Below are positions 44,162 to 55,682 of a stretch of 55,682 bases of DNA, in pieces. A model generated the notes under the pieces. The model was not told the DNA's origin. It did no database searches and saw nothing but the letters and a program-made list of their open reading frames with translations. Numbering within the stretch: the first letter of the stretch is position 1; every line of letters starts with the position of its first letter. Made by a program: the position numbers and the translations under genes. Origin of the DNA: Nemertoderma westbladi (taxonomy: Eukaryota > Animalia > Xenacoelomorpha); NCBI GenBank assembly GCA_032718475.1, contig JAUCBJ010002121.1, positions 1-55,682 of the forward strand, written 5' to 3'.

Positions 44162-45077
44162 TACAGAGGGTGCGATTTCGCAAAAGACACTTTTTTAAAA
44201 CGCTTATAAATAAAATTTAAAGGCGAAATCGAAAATTCCGGCTTCATGGTAATAACCACGGTGAGTTGAACTAGTTGTGTTTTAAATTTCAAGCAATATG
44301 ATAAAGATTTGTAGAAAAATAATTTTTTTTTGGGGGGGGGGGGGGGGGAGGGGGGTCCGTGTCATCAGAAAATGACACTATATTACGGGTCATGGTGTAA
44401 TATATACTGCTCTATACTGATACCGGTACTAAGAGAACAGCTGTAGGGCTACTGCTACCTGAGGAACCTGAAATTGGAAATAAAGGCGGACAAAAGACGT
44501 CAAAAACATACATTATTAGTGATTTAAAATGACTAGAAAATTTATTCCGCTTCGGAATATCGTATCTTTTTTCTAACACTTTTTTCTTAACACTTTTTTC
44601 TAATACTTCACAAATTTAATATGAATACATTAAAAAATTATATAATATTGGCAAGGAATACGATAACAATTGATCTGTACCAAACAATATCCCTCTAATT
44701 CTCTCAGCTATTCCCAGTTGGTACAGCTCGAATTATATAAATTACATTATAAATTCAATAATATAGGGAAAAGGTAGGAAGGTAGGGGAGGAACCTGTCA
44801 AGATTAAATATTCCTTAAGTAAATTGATGATAATGTATCATATGTTACTATTAATGTATTATGTTACAATGCATTATATGTATATCTTATTCAAGTATAT
44901 GAATAAATTATATATAATGGAAGGCAGGCGATTGTATGTAGTTATGCTTTGCGCACACATTGATTGCACCTGTCTGTAATAAATAATTCACCATCGTTGA
45001 AACTCATCAAAATTCGTTAGTATCAATTAGGTTGCGAATATAGGTAAGAGTACAGTAGTCGATAAATTCCATCCAAA

Positions 45078-45217
45078 TTCGAATACGTAAGGGAAATGCA
45101 TTTGCAGCATTGAATGGGCCTTCCAGGATTTGGAAGTCACACAGAATTCACCGGAAACTTAAGGTCCGATTATTTAGAGCAGCAGTAGTTCCAGTACTCC
45201 TCTATGGGAGTCCATGC
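45078..45217 (+). mobile_element. Short RTE fragment
   Basis: Matches 446-585 of this window. Confidence 0.8.
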
Positions 45218-45747
45218 CAAATTTTAATACGTATTCGATATACTAATAATATATAGTAATAAATAATAAACATACTAATAACATATACTAATAAATAATA
45301 AACATATATTAATATCGATATAGGCCCTACTATAATAAATAAATAATATGATACACTAATAAGTAAACTTGTCGAGGATGCTTGTCGAGCACATTGTCAT
45401 ATGATTTTGAGAAATCAATAAAGATGAGATAGATTGAGATAGAGTAATTGTACGAGCAACCAGCACCTGCTCTTGGCGACCTAGACCAATTTGGCCTACC
45501 ACTTATTCAGGTTGGGTGGAAAACCACAGACACAATATCGTATTTAAATAATTCAAATAATATCGAATAATTTGAATGTGCGTCTGTACACTGCTGCCAG
45601 ATTTAAATATTGTAGTCAACTTTTATTGAGCCCACACGGCTGGTATACACCGATGGGCAACATTAAAGGCCCTGTTTTCTATGGCGTCTCTAAAGGGTCA
45701 AAATATAAATGAATAAAAACCTCTAGGAAACAATAAAAATGCCTCCA

Positions 45748-46031
45748 TATTTGTTACTGCAGTAATAAATAATTGTTACTGCAGTAATAAATATTTGTTA
45801 CTGCAGTAACAAATAATTATTGCTGCAGTAACAATTATTTATTACTGCAGTAACAATTATTTATTACTGCAGTAACAATTATTTATTACTGCAGTAGCAA
45901 TTGTTTCTTACTGCAGTAAAAATTATTTATTACTGCAGTAACAATTATTTATTACTGCAGTAACAATTGTTTCTTACTGCAGTAACACTTATTTATTACT
46001 GCAGTAACACTTATTTCTTACTGCAGTAACA
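45748..46031. repeat. 22-bp quasi-palindromic minisatellite with an internal orientation flip
   Basis: Unit tatttattactgcagtaacaat; the first 2-3 units are its reverse complement. Confidence 0.9.
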
Positions 46032-46467
46032 ATTATTTATTACTGCAGCAAAGACCGGGTTTGTATTTAAAAAGCATGTAATGGTTGGTTATAATACGTG
46101 TATAAATTGAATAAAATATATTTTTTTTTAATTTGAAATAAATTTTTCAATTAAATTATCATGATAGCTAGTAAAATTTATGATAGCTAATAAATAATAA
46201 AAGCAATAATAAAAGTGATTTTCACAAGAATTTTTTTTCAAATTATAAATTTTTATTGTACTAGATAATAAAAAGTACTAGCTAACACAAAATCAAAATT
46301 TCTAGCTACAATCTTACTATATTTGTTCAAGAACAAAATCCTCATGATAAAAGGTATTTTTCAACAAAAAATTGGATTTCTGTATTTCTCTCACAAAAAA
46401 CCGCTTTATCTAATACTGTTTAATTTAATTTGATTATCCCGCTTTAATTCGCCCACGCAAATTCATT

Positions 46468-46615
46468 CAAGTTGCCGTAAAATTTGAGCAACTTTCACGG
46501 CAACTTTTTTTCAGCAACTTAAGTGTTTACATGGAGCAACTTGATCGGCAATTTGGGTTGCTCTACAATTTGCCGAGAAAGTTGCTCAAAAAGTTGCCAC
46601 TTGTAAACTGGCCTT
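46468..46615. mobile_element. MITE-like fragment with GCAAC/GTTGC subterminal repeats
   Basis: Multiple inverted gcaactt/aagttgc motifs ending tgtaaactggcctt (PIF/Harbinger-like end); other terminus not seen. Confidence 0.4.
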
Positions 46616-47837
46616 CAGAAAGTCGAGAATGAAAATTAAACATTAAAGAGTTTCCCTCCCCTCAACACGAAGCCCCATAACACGAAAATCGCCAGAGACT
46701 CAATGATAGAAACACCAGCAGCTGGTGCTCATGAGGGGCAAGCTCTCCTAGTAAGCTTGCTACTATTGATAGAATGGATAGGCCCAAACTGCAGATAAGT
46801 ATATTACTTGCCATGTTTATTACTCTCTCACTCTATCCCCAACAAGTAAGCAAACATCAACTGTTAGTTTGTAATTTATTACCCCGCCAGCTGAATAGCT
46901 CTCTACCCAGTGAATTTTATAAACACAAGAGCCTTACACGCCACAAACGAAAAAAATATAGAATCAGGACATTAAGCCCAAAATAGTACTCAGCCCGTAG
47001 GTACAATCCCCCGTTAGTGAGTATGTCGTTACCTTTAATTACCAATTAATGAATGATCTGCCCAAGACACTTTATTATTCTTCTTATTAATCTTTATTAT
47101 TTTCATTTTATTTATTTCCGACATGTATATACATAATTAATAATTAATAAATATATTAATAATATGTATAATAATATATGATATTATTATATCCTCCTTC
47201 ATCTATTTTCCATCATACATCCTCCCCCGATCCCACTTATTGGAGTAACAATTGATGCAATATCAAATATGGATATATTTTGGTAAAAAAGAAGAGGACC
47301 CACCGTTACATAATACTTGGGTTACCAAAGTCCTTTCCTATGGCGCATTGGTATTTAAACTGAATAAAATAAATATGAATTAAATCAAGCAACGGAGAGT
47401 TATTCAATGATAAATAATTTGGATTTCCGGATCTGTGTTCGAGCAGAACAAGATAGGGGTACTATAGTGAGTTAGTTATGGACGTTTGCAACATATGTGG
47501 TAGAATATACGGTAACATATGCGATCCGCCCATCACATAATGAGGGGCATCGCAAGTCATACATTATTGATGTATCCTGACACATTACCCCGGAAGAGCT
47601 TAGTTGAAAGACATCGATCGATTCAATTCTCGATTTAGAAACCCCTGAGTATCATATTTTTACATATATAATTTTATTGACTAAGTAAGTTAAGTAAGTT
47701 AATATATAAAATATAGAACACACATAAAACATATATCAAATACAATTTATCCATTTATCAAACGCAGGCTTTCATCCTTGACCGGTCGATAAATTGGAAC
47801 CAAAGTAACTTTAAACAAAACAAAGAGTAAGTAAGTT

Positions 47838-47975
47838 TACTGTGGATGATCACCCATATAACAAAGAGGAAGAGTTTCCTGTGGAATATCAACCATAAGT
47901 GGTGAACAGGCATTTCTTTGGAAACAGAATGGAATGGTTTACTGTGGAAGATCACCCATGGTTGTGAACAGGCGA
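47838..47975. repeat. Degenerate ~60-bp repeat family (left part)
   Basis: ctgtggaagatcacccat...gaacaggcatt motif, also at 51085-51350. Confidence 0.65.
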
Positions 47976-47979
47976 GGAC

Positions 47980-48384
47980 TGGGCAGCCTTGAATATGATT
48001 TCCAGGATTTGGAAGTCACATAGAAATAATCGGAAACTTAAGGTCCGATTATTTAGAGCAGCAGTAGTTCCAGTAATCCTCTATGGGAGTCCATGCTGAG
48101 CTCTAACTTGTGAGGACACAAAATCTCTGAATGCCACATTCACAAGAACGCCACGCCAGGTTCACTGTGTCAAATACAATGCACACATCTCCAACCAGAC
48201 ACTATATAACATTGGAGGTGTCGCATTGGTTCCCCCAAGCTTGACACTAGAGCAAAGCCGCCTCCGCTTTGCAGGATATTGCTTTCGCCGTGAGGACCAG
48301 CCAGTGCATAATCTTGTGCTTTGGCAGCCACATGGAGTGAATAAGCATGGTGGACAACCCATGACTTTCTTGAGACGCATCTTA
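47980..48384 (+). mobile_element. RTE fragment, inverted relative to the adjacent copy
   Basis: Matches ~468-872 and the reverse complement of 48520-48924. Confidence 0.88.
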
Positions 48385-50419
48385 CTAGGATCGGCATGCT
48401 GCATTGCAGCTGCATTTTTAAGAATGCTGTGCCGGCTTAGCGACAAAATTGCACCGCCACAACTCCCTATCACCCATGACATTTGCTAGATCATCCGCAT
48501 CTTCAAGGCCAGTGTCCTTTAAGATGCGTCTCAAGAAAGTCATGGGCTGTCCACCATGCTTATTCACTCCATGAGGCTGCCAAAGTACAAGATTATGCAC
48601 TGGCTGGTCCTCACGACGAAAGCAATGTCCTGCAAAGCGGAGGCGATTTTGTTCTAGTGTCAAGCTTGGGGGAACCAATGAGACACCTCCAATGTTATAT
48701 AGTGTCTGTGTGGAGATGTGTGGATTGTACTTGACACAATGAACCCGGCATAGCATTCTTGTGAATGTGCCATCCAGAGATTTGGTGTCCTCAGCAGTTA
48801 GAGCCCAGCATGGACTCCCATAGAGGAGTACTGGATCTACTGCTGCTCTAAATAATCGGACCTTAAGTTTCCGATTAATTCTCGTTGACTTCCAAATCCT
48901 GGAAAGCCTATTCAAGGCTGCCCATGCCTTTCCCTTACGTATTCGAAGGTCCTCCCCTGACTTCCGGATCCATGATCCCAGGTAACAGAAGTCGTCCACA
49001 TGCTCAAGCATACCATCCTTTGAGCTTATGCTCATCCGATCAGAGACTTGCTGAGGACTTTCAAAGTTAACTGTCAGAATTTTGGTCTTTCTGGAGTTAA
49101 TAAAAAGACCAACACTAGAAACAGCATGTTCTAATGAGCTGAGGAGCCGTTGGGCTCCCTCTAATGATTCTGAGAGTACTCCTAAGTCATCAGCAAAGTC
49201 TAGATCAGTTAGGTACTTGGCAGGATTACCTCGACTTCTGGAGCCAATAGGTGGAGTTATCATCACCCCATCATCATTATGATGATCTAAGGACATGCGT
49301 AGAACATAGTCAACCCCAATAATGGACAAGAATGGTGCAAGTGTGTCTCCTTGGAGGACGCCCCATAACACTTCAAATGGTTCTGTGTCACCGTCAACAG
49401 TAGACACAAATGTTGTCGAACCATCGTATACTGATCTGATTGCTGCAATAATTTCATCAGGAATCCCATATAATGAAAGTATGCTGAACATACGTGAGCG
49501 AGAGACTGAATCAAAGGCCTTGAAGAAGTCAACAAAGATAACAGCCAGATGCCTGTCTTTCTTTTTTGATAATTCTTCAATTATCCTTCTAAGTGCCAAA
49601 ATGGGCTCCATGGTCCCACGACCTTTACGGAACCAATTCTGATTTCCACGGAGCAGTCTCTCAATGGGATCCCTGATGCGATTTAATAGAATCCTATTGT
49701 ATAGCTTTGCAGCAATCGAGATCAATGAGATTCCCCGAAAAGAACCATAGAGTGTTAGGTTGCAATTCTTGGGAACTGGCACCAACTTATTTGTTTTCAT
49801 TTCTTGTGGGACTCTTGTTGTTCGATACATGTCTACTATGATGGGATAGATGAGCTTTAAACACTCAGGTATTTTAAAGACCTCAGGGGGAACACCATCT
49901 ACTCCACTGGCACGATTGGTCTTAATGCTCTTTGCAGCAGCATTCACTTCTGCAAATGCCAATGGGAATATCTGGGAGTACAGACTCAGACACTTTTACT
50001 TCTATAAAGTTATCTGGCAATACCCTGTCATTATTGCGGAGCTTTTCAAAGTGGGCTTTCCAACCATTGAGGCGATCGGATGGTGATTCAGCCTTAACCT
50101 TGGTGGTTGGTTGGCTTTTCCGCCCAGTAAGCAGATTGATCTATTTCCATGCCTGGGATGATTGCCTGCTGTCGTCAGCATCATTGATGGCATCAACCTG
50201 TTGGTTTATTAGCTCCTGTAGATTAACAGAGTATTGCCTGTTCAGGGACCTAGATGCAGCCTTAACTGCATTCTTGGCCGCTAAAGTCTGTTTGAGTCGG
50301 GACTCTTTCTGCGCCTTATGAAGGTCGTTTCGGCACTTTTGAATTTTGTTGTCAGTCCAGGGGGCCCTTTTCCTGTTTCGAGGGTATACAGGAACTGTTT
50401 CTGCAGCTGCTAACTGCTA
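48385..50419 (-). mobile_element. 5'-truncated RTE-clade non-LTR retrotransposon
   Basis: Contains the RT ORF; 3' end ccgatcctag as at ~998-1007. Confidence 0.9.
48418..49962 (-). CDS. RTE reverse transcriptase (open 514 aa, N-terminus disrupted)
   Basis: ASGVDG, FRGISL, FVDFFKAFDS, GVLQGD, LDFADD, FCYLGS, RLRFAGHC. Confidence 0.9.
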   Translation of the reverse strand: MAFAEVNAAAKSIKTNRASGVDGVPPEVFKIPECLKLIYPIIVDMYRTTRVPQEMKTNKLVPVPKNCNLTLYGSFRGISLISIAAKLYNRILLNRIRDPIERLLRGNQNWFRKGRGTMEPILALRRIIEELSKKKDRHLAVIFVDFFKAFDSVSRSRMFSILSLYGIPDEIIAAIRSVYDGSTTFVSTVDGDTEPFEVLWGVLQGDTLAPFLSIIGVDYVLRMSLDHHNDDGVMITPPIGSRSRGNPAKYLTDLDFADDLGVLSESLEGAQRLLSSLEHAVSSVGLFINSRKTKILTVNFESPQQVSDRMSISSKDGMLEHVDDFCYLGSWIRKSGEDLRIRKGKAWAALNRLSRIWKSTRINRKLKVRLFRAAVDPVLLYGSPCWALTAEDTKSLDGTFTRMLCRVHCVKYNPHISTQTLYNIGGVSLVPPSLTLEQNRLRFAGHCFRREDQPVHNLVLWQPHGVNKHGGQPMTFLRRILKDTGLEDADDLANVMGDRELWRCNFVAKPAQHS

Positions 50420-50952
50420 GCTGTAGGAAAGCAAAGGCTTGGGTAGCTCTATCAAAAATGGATACCATCTGGAAATCAGATCTCTCCAGGCACCTGAAGA
50501 CTAAGTTCTTTCGAGCCATAGTGGAAAGTGTATTTTTATATGGGGGTGAGAGATCTGGACACTGACTAAATCAATTAAACAACTTATCACAATTGATGGT
50601 TGCTACACAAGACTACTAAAGGCAGCCCTAAACATCAGCTGGAGACAACACATGACAAATGCCCAGCTTTATGGTACAATACCACCGGTATCAACCACCA
50701 CCCTCCGTGAATGCAGATTAAGATTCAGTGGGCACTGCTGGCGAAGTAAAGACGAGGTCATACCAGATCTACTTCTCTGGCAACCAACTCATGGAAAGCG
50801 TAGTCATGGACGACCGGCCATAACATATATAGATCAACTTGAAAGGGATACTGAACTTGGAAGAAACGAAATTGCGACAACTATGGAGAATCGGGAAGCC
50901 TGGAAGGATCTCATTTCCACTGTCCGAGTTCGCTCGACCTAGTAGTAGTAGT
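50420..50952 (+). mobile_element. 3' end of a second RTE subfamily with (TAG)n tail
   Basis: RKAKAW...IWKS, RLRFSGHCWRS, LLLWQP..GKRSHGRP; ends TAGTAGTAGTAGT. Confidence 0.85.
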
Positions 50953-51084
50953 GTTCTACTATCTACTAATTAATAGCAATATCTACAGTACATATTTTAC
51001 ATACTTAACACTATGTTGTGCTATTTATCTATGCATCACTATAATATTGTATATGGGCATTGGCCTGAATTAAAGATAACATCA

Positions 51085-51350
51085 CATAATTCCTTTAGAA
51101 AACGCAGTGGAAGATCACCCATGGTGGTGGTGGTGAACAGGCATTCCTTTAGGAAACAGATTGGAAGGTTTTACTGTGGAAGATCACCTATGGTATGGTG
51201 GTGAACAGGCATTCCTTTAGAAAACAGAGAGGAATGGTTTCCTGTGGAAGATCACCCAGAAAACAAAAAAGAGGGGTTTACAGTGGAAGATCACCCATAA
51301 TTGTTGAACAGGTATTCCTTTGAGAACCAAGAGTGGAAGTGTTTACTGAA
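51085..51350. repeat. Degenerate ~60-bp repeat family (right part)
   Basis: gtggaagatcaccc recurs four times with gaacaggcattccttt. Confidence 0.7.
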
Positions 51351-51354
51351 CTTG

Positions 51355-51605
51355 TTCTTCAGGTGCCTGTAGAGGTGGTCTGATTTCCAGATAGTATCAA
51401 TTTTGGATATAGCTACCCATGCCTTTGCTTTCCTAACTTATGTCTTTTTTGCTGCTCTCTACTCTATCCATGAGCCAAGGTACTGGTAGTCGTCAACCTT
51501 CCTTAGTTGATTATTATCAATTGTGGTCATACAGCGCGATGTCATCCGCAAAGTCAATGTGTATAACTGTAGTTGCCGGATATCTGCTACTTCTTACTGG
51601 GTACA
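51355..51605 (-). mobile_element. Decayed RTE fragment (second subfamily)
   Basis: Minus strand encodes SSRYPA...IDFADDIAL and RKAKAW...IWKS. Confidence 0.7.
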
Positions 51606-51862
51606 GTGGCATAAGCATTTGGGGAAAGTTTATATATAAATATCACTATTAATCAAGGAGATCAATTTCATTCATTTCATTTGTGTCATATTTAATAATT
51701 CATTATACTTCTTTGTAGTTCAGTAATTGGATATCATATTTGTTCCTATTGGTTAGGTCTACTGGCTAATTATATTTGTTCTGTACTTCTCTTGTTTGAA
51801 TATAGAAAATCTCTGTTATTTCCTTTGAGGAGTACAAGTTTATATTTAGTGCAAATCAACAC

Positions 51863-52280
51863 CCAGTTAACCTGTGGGGTGAGCGAGGCTGTAAAGGCGA
51901 GCCTTAGCACACAATTATAATTAGTAAATAGGGCAACATTTAATGTCCGTCTGTCTGTCCGTCCATCTGTAATGAAAAATGAAATATACTTTTCATGCCC
52001 TATATTTTTTACTTATTATGCCCTATATAATTACTTTAATGCCCTATATAATTTTATTACTTTTCATGCCCTATATTTTTTACTCATTTGCCCTATAATA
52101 TTTATGTAAATAATTTGAAGATTTTAATCAAATTTTGTATGGTCATACTAAGAAAAACTTTGAATATTTCTGAAAGTTACGGGCAAATACCTCTCGAACT
52201 TTTGACACCAGATCAAATCGAACTTGTATCGAACTTGCTCAAGTACCCGTGCGGCGCGATGCCCCACGAACTTGTACTGG
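51863..52280 (+). mobile_element. HINE/DINE-1-like non-autonomous element
   Basis: tgtgggg...ccccacgaac inverted ends, 5' hairpin, gtccgtctgtctgtccgtcc microsatellite, internal atgccctatat repeats. Confidence 0.55.
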
Positions 52281-52921
52281 TAGACAGTGAATGATTGAGT
52301 GGTTCACAAAGTAAACAAAAATTGAAAATGGGTAGTTTTTAAATATAATGAGGAATCCATATAAATAAACAATTGGATTGTGATTCAAATGAGCATAACT
52401 TTGTAACTAAAACAGTAAAATATATAGTTGGAGATATAATCCAAAGATATAAGGTTAATATTATTACTAAATTATTCTAGCCAATAAAACAGCAGCATGA
52501 CAATAGACCTTGGTCGATTACGTCCTGTACAATTTGCCCTCCGAAGACAATTGCTCCCAGATAATTGCCCCTGGAGAATTGAATTAGAGGACAAATGGCT
52601 CTCTTTGGAATTGTCCTACGTTTTAAAACATTGTAAGGTTATTTCAACTTGTTTTATGCAGTTGGAAGTATTTCCTGTCTACGGAAACAAAATTATAAAC
52701 TATACGGATTCCAGATTGTTTTAAAGAGTTATATAAGCAAGGAACGATCTCATTTGTAAGTATTTCTGTTACATATCCGAAACAGTGAAGCAGATAATTC
52801 TTAGTCAAAATTATTATATCCCTTTACTGTAATAGAATTACTTCCAGATCACCTAGTAGAGTCCATTTCCTATTTCCTATCAAGAGGAACCAGTATACTC
52901 AACCTAAATTTCCATTCCCAA

Positions 52922-54853
52922 TTATGGATTCTGGCGAATTTCAGTAGGCTTTCTGTAGGCTTTTTTCCAAATATGGTACAAACAAGCAGCAGAATGGAAG
53001 CGAAATAGAACTTGGAGTGGGCCGCATGTGTGAGACATAATTTTCCAGTTGCGTTCTTTAAAGAACGATATCTGCATGGGATTCACATCAGATATATTTA
53101 CTTCAAAGATACTCACACCCCAAAAGGCAACATTGGCCATAATTAAAAACATCACAGCTTGATGGCTGATTGAATCTGCATCAGAAGGTTTTCTTTGCAT
53201 TCCATCAAATATAAATGCTGTTTGAATTCCAGTTTCAAGAATAAACAATGGTCTTAGCAACCATGAAATTGATTCAGGCCCATTGTAGCCGCTTGACCAG
53301 AACGCGGCGACACTGCTGAATCCACCAGCAATGAACATCCCGAAGAGACCAACCTTCAGTATATTTCTATCCAAAGCATTATCCCCCTCTGTGGAAAAAT
53401 CGTTATGGTACAAATATCTCCATGCTAATAGTGTAGCAATAACCATAATAATTCCCAATGATGTTAATATTGATTCATACAGTGTCAATATTGATTGTTT
53501 ATTATTGTCTTTTACTTGTTTGTCTTTATTGTCTTGATTGTCTATTGATAGATAACAACCAATCATTATGATCATTATAAAGACTGATATAGCTCCAAAT
53601 ATAAATCCTGTTAGGGAGTGCTGAAATGTAAGTGCTGGGTTTACCTCTACTCTCTCCTCGACTAATGTGCCTCCCGGTTTATCATCCATTGCTTGCATCA
53701 TTGTAAACACAACAGAGGCAGCGACAACAGCATATTCAACGGTACAAACATACAAAAATGGCTTGAGAGATATAATAGTTCTACCGAGTTCAGTGTAATT
53801 AAAATCACATGAATGATTAGATGATACATTTCCTAAATATGGGCTCAAAATTTCCGACATTGTATAATCATCATTACCCAAGTCATCCCGAGCTTCTTCC
53901 ACCAGTAGATAAATCCAAATGTATAAATTAGTAGCTAGCATGTGAGCTAGGGCCATTCTGATAATCCATCGCCGCTTAGGTTGCAGGTAGTAGTTAGAAA
54001 TTCGCGCTATTAGGATGAACTGACTGGTGACAAAAACAATTTTTAGTGTGTATGCAACTGGTTCTGCTGCAGACGTACCACACCTTTTTTTAAATAGGAC
54101 ATATGCAGCTATTTGCAGTCCTGCATTCAGCATTCCAATGAATCCACATACACCACATGCTACTTGGTCGAAGCCGTTTACAATATGACCCTTTTTTTCG
54201 GATCTTTCTTCTTTCTTTAGCTTAATAATAATAATTGCAGAACATATCCCTAGTATGTATACAACAATAGCAGCTGCGTCAGTGTATGTAGGTATCCATT
54301 GAGGTTGAACCATTTGTGTTACTATGACAACAGTCCCAAAGACCACAACACCTAAAGAGTATTGCAACCCACATGAGCGACCACAGTTTCCAGTCTTTGG
54401 CGAAGCACTGTTTACATTATTCACAGCTGCTTGCTGATCAGTGTTGACACTACTAACAGGTGCTTGATGGACAGTGTTGACACTACTAACAGGTGCTTGA
54501 TGGACAGTGTTGACACTACTAACAGGTGCTTGAAGAACAGTGTTGGCACTACTACCAGCTGCTTGAGGAATAGTGTTGATATTGTTTGCAGCAAGTGTTT
54601 GAGGAACATTGTTGACACTACTTGTAGCAGCTTGAACATTGTTGACACTATTTGCAGCAGCTTGAACATTGTTGACACTATTTGTAGCAGCTTGAACATT
54701 GTTTACACTACTTGCACCAGCTTGAACATTGTTGACACTACTTGCAGCAGCTTGAAAATTGTTGACACTATTTGCAGCAGCTTGAACATTGTTGACACTA
54801 CTTGCAGCTGCTTGAACATTATCAATTAACAGAGGAGTATGCTCATCAGACAT
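52922..54853 (-). CDS. Otop: Otopetrin-family proton channel (single exon, 643 aa)
   Basis: About 12 hydrophobic segments; HMLATNL..W, PFLY.CTVEY, SLTGFIFG, LDR.IL, QTAFI, FLIMANVAFW...FE and C-terminal PLQVLFRFHSAACLYHIWKKAY signature. Confidence 0.92.
   Translation of the reverse strand: MSDEHTPLLIDNVQAAASSVNNVQAAANSVNNFQAAASSVNNVQAGASSVNNVQAATNSVNNVQAAANSVNNVQAATSSVNNVPQTLAANNINTIPQAAGSSANTVLQAPVSSVNTVHQAPVSSVNTVHQAPVSSVNTDQQAAVNNVNSASPKTGNCGRSCGLQYSLGVVVFGTVVIVTQMVQPQWIPTYTDAAAIVVYILGICSAIIIIKLKKEERSEKKGHIVNGFDQVACGVCGFIGMLNAGLQIAAYVLFKKRCGTSAAEPVAYTLKIVFVTSQFILIARISNYYLQPKRRWIIRMALAHMLATNLYIWIYLLVEEARDDLGNDDYTMSEILSPYLGNVSSNHSCDFNYTELGRTIISLKPFLYVCTVEYAVVAASVVFTMMQAMDDKPGGTLVEERVEVNPALTFQHSLTGFIFGAISVFIMIIMIGCYLSIDNQDNKDKQVKDNNKQSILTLYESILTSLGIIMVIATLLAWRYLYHNDFSTEGDNALDRNILKVGLFGMFIAGGFSSVAAFWSSGYNGPESISWLLRPLFILETGIQTAFIFDGMQRKPSDADSISHQAVMFLIMANVAFWGVSIFEVNISDVNPMQISFFKERNWKIMSHTCGPLQVLFRFHSAACLYHIWKKAYRKPTEIRQNP
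54430..54820 (-). repeat. Coding tandem repeats (30 bp and 33 bp) in the otopetrin N-terminus
   Basis: SVNNVQAAAS-type decapeptide x7; QAPVSSVNTVH-type 11-mer x3-4. Confidence 0.9.
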
Positions 54854-55682
54854 TTTTTTTAAAGTAGAAGGCGAAGCGTGAACATATAATTATAATATTT
54901 GTTTAAGATATCAAATGAACTAAAAGAACATGAATATGAATAGAAAGGCAGGTGTGTAAAACAAAACAATACAGCAATTTAATAAGCAATTGGTATCCAA
55001 TTGCTGCATCACTGCTGTAATTAGCTATTTTTATACAATATATTTATATATATACATAAATATATACAATTTTTATATAATATATTTTATATATATATAT
55101 ATATATATACAATTTTTATATAATATAATATACACCTTTATTTATATTCCTCAGTTAATAAGTATTTAATTAAACTAAACATGTCAAATGTATCTCCAGC
55201 TGTTTAATAGGCCTACATGACATTATTGACAATGTCTTCCAAATTTAACCTATTCTTTGCTCATGTAAAAGATACATCAACTATTTAAAATGTCTCACTG
55301 AAGAACACTTTAAAATGGTGCTCCCTGGAGGGTGAATCAAATGGCACTTCCTGTAGACTCGACTGTGGGGAAATGGACTCCATGATTAAAAAAATAATTA
55401 TAAGAATCCTTCAATTGGAAGGATGGAAGTGGGTGGCCTACATGGATTGAAAAATTTGTCGAAAATAAATCACAAAGACATTTGATTGTGCCAGTAGTGA
55501 TAGATAATAAACCAGATTCGAAACCAGAACGGTTTCTATTTCGAAATTATGTTTATTACTGCTAATTAGTTAAAACAGCCACTTTTTGTAATTTCATACT
55601 TATCAATTTGTTTCCTCAGATCAGTTCACGATCAATGATAGTATAATAATGATATAATGATATATATTTATTTAGTATAATA

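Noticed and set aside
44160-44640. Possible Tc1/mariner-type end (TACAGAGGGTG)
   Set aside because: No matching inverted terminus found

Overview
Repeat-dense, AT-rich eukaryotic (invertebrate-like) genomic window with one clear host gene, an intronless otopetrin-family proton channel (52922-54853, minus strand). The rest is nested transposable elements. These include a near-complete Bel/Pao LTR retrotransposon (7617-21781, 5-bp TSD) inserted in a 34/36-bp minisatellite, and a second, divergent, 5'-truncated Bel/Pao element (about 27408-39688) inside a decayed CR1/L2-type LINE. Also present are several RTE-type LINE copies, a Penelope-like fragment with hammerhead ribozyme motifs, a solo LTR and small non-autonomous DNA elements. 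The most notable observation is that both Bel/Pao elements carry, at the env position, a homologous ~800-aa third ORF made of a DEDDy-like 3'-5' exonuclease plus a CCHC zinc-knuckle cluster. The complete element has no TGG-type tRNA primer binding site. Instead, the sequence at that position is complementary to its own LTR, which suggests Tf1-like self-priming, and its LTR carries arrays of structured RNA hairpins. All family assignments are by eye from motifs; no database search was run.
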